A DNA stretch of 64,000 nucleotides from IMG/VR virus record IMGVR_UViG_3300020201_000012, positions 1-64,000 of that record; one strand, written 5' to 3'. The stretch is from a virus. Taxonomy: Duplodnaviria > Heunggongvirae > Uroviricota > Caudoviricetes. Positions 57,223 to 64,000 of this stretch are shown in pieces. The stretch's first letter is position 1, and each line of letters begins with the position of its first letter. The notes beneath the pieces were generated by a model. The model made no database searches. It was not told the origin of the DNA and saw only the letters and a list, made by a program, of their open reading frames with translations. A program made the translations under genes and the position numbers.

Positions 57223-58169
57223 ACATTCAAAAAGAAGTACAACGTATTCTCGGCACCGAAGAGGTATATCTTGTTGGTGGTTCAGTTCGTGACTTAGTTA
57301 TGGGTAATGAACCTAAAGACTATGACTTCACTACCTCAATGCTACCCGAAGAAATGGTAGAGAAAGTTAAGGCTGCCGGTCGTCGTGTTTATACTATCGG
57401 CGAGAAGTTTGGCACTATTGGGTTCAAAGTGCCAGTGGTCGTAGGTTATGAATTAGAAGATACGGAGTCGATTTACGCAGAAGAGGCTAAGTACAAGAAC
57501 ATAGTCGAATATGAGTATGTAGAAGTCACTACGTTCAGAAGCGAAGTTTATACAAGTAAATCACGCAAACCTGAAGTTGAGTTTGTTACGAGTCTAGATG
57601 AAGACCTTAAGCGACGTGACTTTACAATGAATGCTATGGTTCTTAGAAGCGATGGTACTATATACGATCCTTTCGGTGGCAAACTAGATATTCATAAGAA
57701 ACAAATAATCACAGTCGGTATGCCAAAAGATAGGATTCTAGAAGACTCACTTCGTATCCTCCGTGCTGCACGGTTCGCCGCAAGATACAATTTTTCAATC
57801 GACCCTAACTTCATAGGTAAGGCAAGGCAACTAGCAGACCGTATCTTTGATGTATCTGTTGAGAGATGGGTGCAAGAGCTAGATAAACTTCTGGCATCAA
57901 AACACACCTTAAAAGGGCTTGAATCCTTATACGAGATGGGTGTTTTTCAAAGAATATTCCCCGAGATTATATCGGTACCAAATCTGTTGCTGAAGACACC
58001 AGATGTAGATGATGTCTGGAATGACCTACTGCGCAACGTTCATGTACCTGCACAAATTAAAGAACCAACAAGAACAAGAAAGCACATCAACGCTGGCATA
58101 TGTGCAAGATTTAAGTTTAGTAATGATCGATGTGATGTGATACTTGACAAACAAAAGAAAAAGGAGTAA
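57207..58169 (+). CDS. tRNA nucleotidyltransferase (CCA-adding enzyme) / poly(A) polymerase-family head domain
   Basis: LVGGSVRDLVMGNEPKDYDF (GG.VRD…DxD), RRDFTMNAM and DPFGG motifs. Confidence 0.65.
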   Translation: MDKALNIQKEVQRILGTEEVYLVGGSVRDLVMGNEPKDYDFTTSMLPEEMVEKVKAAGRRVYTIGEKFGTIGFKVPVVVGYELEDTESIYAEEAKYKNIVEYEYVEVTTFRSEVYTSKSRKPEVEFVTSLDEDLKRRDFTMNAMVLRSDGTIYDPFGGKLDIHKKQIITVGMPKDRILEDSLRILRAARFAARYNFSIDPNFIGKARQLADRIFDVSVERWVQELDKLLASKHTLKGLESLYEMGVFQRIFPEIISVPNLLLKTPDVDDVWNDLLRNVHVPAQIKEPTRTRKHINAGICARFKFSNDRCDVILDKQKKKE

Positions 58170-58178
58170 TATAATAAT

Positions 58179-58397
58179 ATGGTACCGGAAGAAGATATAA
58201 GAAAATTAAGTAAAGACTATAAACCAAACAGGGCTGAACGGCGTAAAAAACCGATAAACAGCCCTTGGTTCACTAAAGCGACTCACAGTTTTAGTAAATT
58301 GAGAAGAAAAAGCGCGAAAAGCAAGCAACAACGTAAAAAAGAAACCGCAAAAGCCCTAAAAGAGCACAGACAATCACTCAATACTGTAGTATCGTGA
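58179..58397 (+). CDS. Small highly basic protein
   Basis: K/R-rich 72 aa. Confidence 0.2.
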   Translation: MVPEEDIRKLSKDYKPNRAERRKKPINSPWFTKATHSFSKLRRKSAKSKQQRKKETAKALKEHRQSLNTVVS

Positions 58398-58447
58398 TAA
58401 CTAAGTAATAATATTGAAATTAAGATAATTAAAACCAAGGATGTTCA

Positions 58448-58846
58448 ATGATTAAAAGTAAAATAACAGCGACAGAAGAACTTAAAGAGCTAGAGAAGCT
58501 AACAAAAAAAGTTATACGCAAGTCACTAAAAGACAATACTTTAGATTTTACGTGTCAAATAACTAGGTCTAGTATCGATCCGGGTAAGACTAAGTATGCA
58601 ACACTAATCACATCCCCTTCTTACGCCGTACAGCCCATAAGCTTTATCTTTGATAGCTATGAAATGCTAAGGGCAGCCCTAGAACATGCAGAGAAAGAAA
58701 TTAACAAGAAACAAGTCGAGCTCACCTTTCACGAGTCTAGGATTACCACCTATAAAAACAAGATTCAACAGCACGAAGAGCGCATGAAACAATTAAATGA
58801 CCCAGAATATAAAGAAGAAGAAGAGATAGAAATGGAAGAAGTGTGA
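58448..58846 (+). CDS. Hypothetical coiled-coil protein
   Basis: ORF only. Confidence 0.2.
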   Translation: MIKSKITATEELKELEKLTKKVIRKSLKDNTLDFTCQITRSSIDPGKTKYATLITSPSYAVQPISFIFDSYEMLRAALEHAEKEINKKQVELTFHESRITTYKNKIQQHEERMKQLNDPEYKEEEEIEMEEV

Positions 58847-59064
58847 AAAAATTAACCGAACTACAAAAGATGAAATATTGGTTAGACGCTGAAATGACTA
58901 TACTGCACATTATGTTCGCAGTTGTGATGCTAGAGCTGACTGAAGGCTGGTTACCTACCTTTATTTTGAGTCTTTATATTACGTGGTGCGTAATATATAC
59001 GATGGTCAGAGTAGCTTACATAGCAGTAGATGACCCAGACTATCTCAGGGCACCAAAGAAATGA
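58843..59064 (+). CDS. Small membrane protein
   Basis: Two TM helices. Confidence 0.2.
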   Translation: MKKLTELQKMKYWLDAEMTILHIMFAVVMLELTEGWLPTFILSLYITWCVIYTMVRVAYIAVDDPDYLRAPKK

Positions 59065-59411
59065 CGCTATTAACGTTCATAATAATAAGCTTAGCCGTAT
59101 GGAGGTTATCACGGGGTATAGCTAAGGAAAAAGGCCCATTGATGATGTGGGCAAAGTTAAGAGCACGTCTAGCACGCACACAGAAGCGCCCTGGTGGGCT
59201 TTTCGACATGGTATCGTGCGTACAGTGCCTTTCGTTCTGGATAGGCCTTGTAGGGGCTCTGTGGGTCTCAGACAGCATTTTCAGTTGGATTGGCTACGGC
59301 TTTGCATTCTCTGGCGCCTCACTAATCATGGAAGCTTTACTGTCAAAAAATCTTAATTCCCTTACGACTGTTTCAAGAAATACTGATTTAGACCTTAAAT
59401 CACTACTATAA
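59061..59411 (+). CDS. Membrane protein
   Basis: Hydrophobic helices. Confidence 0.2.
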   Translation: MTLLTFIIISLAVWRLSRGIAKEKGPLMMWAKLRARLARTQKRPGGLFDMVSCVQCLSFWIGLVGALWVSDSIFSWIGYGFAFSGASLIMEALLSKNLNSLTTVSRNTDLDLKSLL

Positions 59412-59422
59412 AAACGGTAGAT

Positions 59423-59737
59423 TCAGCGAATAATCTTTATGCCTTTTATTTGGTTGCAACCCCAACATGTTATGACTAGATTTCTGTAAGCAGAAGTTCC
59501 ACCTCTAAATAACGGCAAGTAGTGATCTGTCACCCAAACACCAACAATGGGCCTCTTGCAGTAAAAGCAGAGGCCTTTTTGTTTTACCGTGTACTGGTAC
59601 TTTCTCCATCTCTTGAAGGCCGCGGTTTTCTTCTTTCGCTCAAAAGCATCTCTCTTTATTTTTAATAATGACGGCGAAACAGCGCCGATTGATTTTTTAG
59701 TTATCTTTACTAATTTGCTTCCTCGTCGTATGTACAT
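59423..59737 (-). CDS. HNH endonuclease
   Basis: CFYCKRPI…VTDHYLPLFRGGTSAYRNLVITCWGCNQIKG. Confidence 0.55.
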   Translation of the reverse strand: MYIRRGSKLVKITKKSIGAVSPSLLKIKRDAFERKKKTAAFKRWRKYQYTVKQKGLCFYCKRPIVGVWVTDHYLPLFRGGTSAYRNLVITCWGCNQIKGIKIIR

Positions 59738-59797
59738 ATACTGCTAGTATAGCAAATTGTACTTGACAAACTCGTTGAGGTTTAGTATTATTAGATA

Positions 59798-60247
59798 ATG
59801 AAACAAACAAGTAAGAAAAGCAACGTGTTAAAAAGTTTTAAAATATATTACGAAGACCTAGAAAGGAAACTTGTGAAAACTGTACCAACAAAGCAGAAAG
59901 TAACTAAGAGCTCGGCCAAGAAGACCGAAAAGAAGAGTATATTCAAGAGACACATGTTAATTATATTACAGCTAGCCCGTAGAAAATTTAACAACATTAA
60001 TAAGAGGGTCAAACAACCTCTTAAAAAAACTAAAAAGAGCACAAAAGCAGAGCGAGAGCTCATACTACAGCAAAGAAAAAATGGTATACTTGGTATATGG
60101 TTATTGTTAGTGGTTGTGAGTATCGCCTACAGTACCTCTGTTACACGAACGTTCGTGAACAGTAACGCGTCATTGATAGCATTAGCACCGCAAGCAATTT
60201 TCGCAATAATTACAATAGTAAAATCATTTTCGAAGTTATATAAATAA
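59798..60247 (+). CDS. Basic protein with C-terminal TM helices
   Basis: ORF only. Confidence 0.2.
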   Translation: MKQTSKKSNVLKSFKIYYEDLERKLVKTVPTKQKVTKSSAKKTEKKSIFKRHMLIILQLARRKFNNINKRVKQPLKKTKKSTKAERELILQQRKNGILGIWLLLVVVSIAYSTSVTRTFVNSNASLIALAPQAIFAIITIVKSFSKLYK

Positions 60248-60265
60248 CAAAGGAGAAAAAATTAT

Positions 60266-60583
60266 TTGTCAACTCACACCCGTTGGGGTTATGGCAAATG
60301 GACTATGAGTAGCAATATAATTAAAACAGTCTTCGTTGCAGCGATAGTTGGGCCATTCGCCTACATATCAGCAACAGACGCTATAAGTATAAAGCAGAAC
60401 TTACAGAAGCAGAACAATCACATTCAGCAATTAAGTGTTGAAAGTGAAAAACTTGATGAAGAGATAACGAAGACCGTAGAGGTCAAAGAACAGACTGAAC
60501 AAGAAGTTCAGCAAATAGAAAAAGAAACTCAAGAAATATTAAGCGAACGCGAACGGCTAGAAGCCGAACTAGGGGCTAACTAA
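60266..60583 (+). CDS. Membrane-anchored coiled-coil protein
   Basis: N-terminal TM followed by a Q/E-rich coiled-coil. Confidence 0.2.
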   Translation: MSTHTRWGYGKWTMSSNIIKTVFVAAIVGPFAYISATDAISIKQNLQKQNNHIQQLSVESEKLDEEITKTVEVKEQTEQEVQQIEKETQEILSERERLEAELGAN

Positions 60584-61275
60584 TGAAGCTCTCTAGGCGT
60601 TACTTTATTCTAGTCTCAACGATACTATTCGTATTGTTGGCTAATATGTTTCTATTCACGGGAAAGGCATCAGCGCAAGAACAGCCTAGGCCCCTGTTTG
60701 AAAATAAAAAAATAATTCTACAGCAAAAAGAAATAGTAGAACAAAAAGAAGGTATACTCAAGAACGCGACTACAGAAATATCGCAGTTAGAAGGTAGAAA
60801 AATTTCTCTATCCCTGGAACTGGGTAGTATAAAGAAAGACGTAGATGAGCTTCAAGAAAAACTCGCAGAGAGAAGGGTTAGAGTAGAAGCAGAGCGTAAG
60901 CGTATTGAAGACTTAAGAGACATGTTCGTGAGGGTTAACCGTCACGCAGATAACTCTTATGGCAATACATACACAACCGGTAACTGTACTTGGTACGCTA
61001 AAAGCCGTCGCCCCGATCTACCTAATAACATGGGGAATGCAAACTCCTGGTATCAAGCAGCTCAACAAAAGGGCTGGAACGTAGGTTCAACACCCAAAAA
61101 GGGTGCAATAGCCACAACAACCGACGGTTGGGCAGGTCACGTTGCATATGTTGAGGGTGTTTCACTTGACGGTCAGTATGTAACCATATCTGAAATGAAC
61201 TATAGGGGTTTATACTCTATGAATACCCGAACAGTTCACTATACGGAATTCAGATATATATATGAATTAGAATAA
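60583..61275 (+). CDS. CHAP-domain peptidoglycan hydrolase with N-terminal signal/TM and coiled-coil
   Basis: Catalytic Cys context GNCTWYA and His context GHVAYVE, as in CHAP domains. Confidence 0.55.
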   Translation: MKLSRRYFILVSTILFVLLANMFLFTGKASAQEQPRPLFENKKIILQQKEIVEQKEGILKNATTEISQLEGRKISLSLELGSIKKDVDELQEKLAERRVRVEAERKRIEDLRDMFVRVNRHADNSYGNTYTTGNCTWYAKSRRPDLPNNMGNANSWYQAAQQKGWNVGSTPKKGAIATTTDGWAGHVAYVEGVSLDGQYVTISEMNYRGLYSMNTRTVHYTEFRYIYELE

Positions 61276-61485
61276 GATGATTCTATAATTCAACTTAAAT
61301 AGGGGTAAACGTATGATTACGAAAAAAGACAAAGAAGTAATACTAGAAGCCTTTAAAATGGTAGACGTCAATAAGATGAGTGTAGAAAATATGAACCCAC
61401 AAATAGTCAAGTGGTTTCGGTTCGGCAATTATAACGCCATGATGATTGCATCAGAAATAATAAAAGAATTGCCAGAAAAAAACAG

Positions 61486-61514
61486 TTGACTATAAAGAAA
61501 TAGTGGTTTATAAT
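61486..61514 (+). promoter_or_regulatory. Sigma70-like promoter (TTGACT-17-TATAAT)
   Basis: Sequence match only. Confidence 0.4.
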
Positions 61515-61520
61515 TAATCT

Positions 61521-61823
61521 ATGATAAAACAACTAGACACATACGCTACAAGAGTTATAGGTTACGGCCCAAAATTAAATAAGGTTAGAACGCCAGATGG
61601 GGTTTTGCACATTGACGTTAGAGACGTCCCTAGCTGCACATGGATGTTAGATGGCGGTAGTTTCTTTTGTACGCATAACGAGGTAGAGGTCGAAGAGTTC
61701 GCAGAAAACCATATAGGTTATCAGGGGCATTATCAAACCAAAAGCCTCGGCTATTTTTGTGCAGAGTGTGATAAGCCTTTAGAGGGGTCACCAGAAGAAG
61801 ACGGGTCTGGTTATGAAGACTGA
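61521..61823 (+). CDS. Hypothetical Cys-containing protein
   Basis: ORF only. Confidence 0.2.
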   Translation: MIKQLDTYATRVIGYGPKLNKVRTPDGVLHIDVRDVPSCTWMLDGGSFFCTHNEVEVEEFAENHIGYQGHYQTKSLGYFCAECDKPLEGSPEEDGSGYED

Positions 61824-62028
61824 TAAGGTAACTCGTTTAGAGATAATAGACCATACGCGGTGCAAGCAATGTACTGGTATGGCAAGAATACTATGTGGTG
61901 CCTGTGGCGGCACCGGCATAAAAGGTCGCAGTGTTATATTCTGGGACAAAGACAAACATGTAGACATTCAACTGCAAGACGATAATAGAACCCTTAAGAT
62001 ATTCATAAGCGACTGGATTGGTTTGTGA
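61813..62028 (+). CDS. Small zinc-ribbon protein
   Basis: CKQC…CGAC motifs. Confidence 0.2.
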   Translation: MKTDKVTRLEIIDHTRCKQCTGMARILCGACGGTGIKGRSVIFWDKDKHVDIQLQDDNRTLKIFISDWIGL

Positions 62029-62423
62029 AGCTACCTTTTGATCGACAAAATGCCGAGGCCATAACAAGACATCATCTATTATTCGAAAAACCACAGTGGG
62101 AGTATTACGAGGCGTCTAGGAGTGTCAGTCGGCTCGGTTCATTTGTGGTCGGAGCAGTACGTTCACATCACGATTATTTACACGCAACATTCAAGCCGGT
62201 GCCTGTTCCGGGCTTTAAAGTTCTTGACATTCTCTACGGTATAGGTAAGGCCTTCTCGGGTTTTCACAATGATCAAGAAAGAACTGACCAGATACTAGAA
62301 GAGATGATTGGCTTCGCCAAATCAACCCCGTCACCTGAACAATGTCACGATATGTTAGGGGTTGCAGTTAGTATAGAGGCGCAGATGAGTTTATTAGGTC
62401 TAATGAAAGGTATAAAAATATGA
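62025..62423 (+). CDS. Hypothetical protein
   Basis: ORF only. Confidence 0.2.
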   Translation: MKLPFDRQNAEAITRHHLLFEKPQWEYYEASRSVSRLGSFVVGAVRSHHDYLHATFKPVPVPGFKVLDILYGIGKAFSGFHNDQERTDQILEEMIGFAKSTPSPEQCHDMLGVAVSIEAQMSLLGLMKGIKI

Positions 62424-62956
62424 GTAATCCAGAGTCATTATTAATAGACATGGACGGCGTATTAGCTGACACCGTTGGTGGTGCTTTCGACTATATGGAA
62501 GTTCACAATCTAGCCCATGAAGACGTATACGACTATTGGTTTGAAGGTCTTGATGCTGAGGCTATGCTCAGCGCCTTCAGAACAAAGGGCTTTTATAGAA
62601 GCCTAGATGTTATTACTGGAGCCGTGAGGGCAGTCAATAGATTACGCGAAGAATATAATGGTAATGTTTTTATACTATCTTCCCCCATAAGTGGGGCAGA
62701 AGCGTGTGAAGGAGAAAAAAGAGAATGGCTAGAAAAACATTTTGATGAGGATTTTGCCAGAGAAGCAATCATACAACCGACAAAACAAGATGTTCTAGGG
62801 CATGTTCTTATTGAAGACAATCCAGATATTGCTGGTGGTATCTGGCAGCCAATCATGTTCGACCAGGCATGGAATAGAAACTCTAATTATCCTAGAATGT
62901 ATGGTTGGCATGATCTTTCCGTGGTAAGAGAACAAATGTCTAAAGAGAGAAACTAA
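62420..62956 (+). CDS. 5'(3')-deoxyribonucleotidase (HAD, NT5C-like)
   Basis: LIDMDGVLAD (motif I) with the later pattern of NT5C-type nucleotidases. Confidence 0.55.
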   Translation: MSNPESLLIDMDGVLADTVGGAFDYMEVHNLAHEDVYDYWFEGLDAEAMLSAFRTKGFYRSLDVITGAVRAVNRLREEYNGNVFILSSPISGAEACEGEKREWLEKHFDEDFAREAIIQPTKQDVLGHVLIEDNPDIAGGIWQPIMFDQAWNRNSNYPRMYGWHDLSVVREQMSKERN

Positions 62957-63253
62957 ATGAATAATACCGACGAAACGAGATCTTGCAAGCCCCCAAAAAG
63001 AGAAGCTAGTTTTTCTACCCCGATGGATATTCCTCCGAGTGAGTACCCCGAAATTGGTTATGCTGAATTAAAGTCGCAGGTACTATTATTTATAGAGCGA
63101 GACTGGGGCCAGCGCTGTGAGACTAAAGACACCGATGATTTTGATGATTTGGCGACAGTGGAAAACCCTGATGCTGGCCGTTGCTCTTGCTGTTTAGTTT
63201 ACGATAAGTTCGACAAATTTTGGGATTATTTTGACCATGAAGCTAGGCTATAA
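62957..63253 (+). CDS. Hypothetical protein
   Basis: ORF only. Confidence 0.2.
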   Translation: MNNTDETRSCKPPKREASFSTPMDIPPSEYPEIGYAELKSQVLLFIERDWGQRCETKDTDDFDDLATVENPDAGRCSCCLVYDKFDKFWDYFDHEARL

Positions 63254-63393
63254 AACAGGTTTTCAGATACCGCGTTGCCCTACTTGCAGTAAATATATGC
63301 ACGACCCCATCGAGAGTACGTCTGATGTATGCTGAACATTTAAACACTGTGGTACATATTGGGAAGTAACCTACGTAAAGAAGGGTAGTAAGT

Positions 63394-63768
63394 ATGTCCT
63401 TAGTTAAGTGGAAGTGTCCTAGCTGTTGGACCGAGTATGAGATTGATAGTAGGTATCAAGAAGTTCTGGTAGACAAGAAGAACTGTGTGTTTTGTGTTCG
63501 TAAACACGCAAACATTCCCACGGTAGCAGAAATGGACGGCTTTCTAAACGAAGAAGAGATGCGTAATCGTCATACTATAGTTCTTCAGTGCCAAGTATGC
63601 AACAAATGGACAGCACACGAACGGTGGGTTGTTGGTAGTCAAAACGCTCATATACCTTGTACTAGTTGCGATGTGATAAAGTATGACTCATCGTCTATTA
63701 AAAGCTTAAGATCGTACAACCCCCTTACCGATAATAAGCGCAGAATTAAGAACAGTAAAAGAAAATGA
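63394..63768 (+). CDS. Zinc-finger protein (multiple CxxC)
   Basis: CPSC, CVFC, CQVC and CTSC pairs. Confidence 0.25.
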   Translation: MSLVKWKCPSCWTEYEIDSRYQEVLVDKKNCVFCVRKHANIPTVAEMDGFLNEEEMRNRHTIVLQCQVCNKWTAHERWVVGSQNAHIPCTSCDVIKYDSSSIKSLRSYNPLTDNKRRIKNSKRK

Positions 63769-64000
63769 GGTCTCGTAGGTCCTTAACAAAAGAAGCTGAT
63801 AGAATTTTCAGTTTATATATCAGAAATAGAGGGGAAACCTATGGGTATAACCATTGTTATACATGCCCTGCTTATATGCCCATTGAAGAGTTGCAGTGTG
63901 GGCACTTTAGACCCCGTAGGTATCTCAACACTAGATGGCACCCTTTCAATTGCTGGCCACAGTGTAATACTTGTAATGTTGAGATGGGCGGTAACTTAAC

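Noticed and set aside
1-64000. Whole-genome alternative genetic code (table 4 or 25) as the explanation for the in-frame TGAs
   Set aside because: Most genes, including 700- to 1000-codon ORFs, are intact under the standard code, and many of them terminate with TGA.
1-64000. CRISPR arrays or an integrase/attachment site
   Set aside because: No repeat-spacer periodicity, and no tyrosine or serine recombinase motifs, were seen in any ORF of the window.

Overview
This window looks like a contiguous stretch of a large, tRNA-rich tailed-phage genome with siphovirus-like organisation, about 40% GC, and near-consensus sigma70 promoters (TTGACA, 16-18 nt, TATAAT) throughout. From left to right it contains five blocks. 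(1) A structural/late module: a fused prohead-protease/scaffold/HK97-like capsid protein, neck proteins, major tail protein, two tail chaperones, a 1076-aa tape measure, baseplate and fibre proteins including a LamG/ConA-like receptor-binding protein, and a lysis cassette with an Amidase_2 endolysin and holins. (2) Nucleotide metabolism: nrdH, then a class II ribonucleotide reductase (nrdJ) carrying a 323-aa LAGLIDADG intein. (3) A minus-strand block of small early genes. (4) Two large tRNA arrays (about 31 tRNA genes) that also hold homing endonucleases (HNH, LAGLIDADG), a tmRNA gene, a structured ncRNA candidate of roughly 430 nt, and a tRNA-Tyr gene split in its anticodon loop by a 507-bp insertion. 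(5) Replication and recombination genes (DnaB helicase, DEDDh exonucleases, an SSB-like protein, PD-(D/E)XK nucleases), a glycosyltransferase/FkbM-methyltransferase cluster, and a tRNA/RNA repair-maturation module (Rnl2-like ligase, Pnkp, Pth2, nucleotidyltransferase, CCA-adding enzyme). The most unusual observations are: the split tRNA-Tyr, whose insertion carries its own tRNA-Tyr-like copy; two otherwise intact genes each with a single in-frame TGA sitting in or next to RNA hairpins (possible readthrough or recoding); several tRNAs with non-canonical anticodon arms; and the repair/quality-control cluster. Every call rests on motif-level reading of the translations and hand folding of RNAs. 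No database searches were run.
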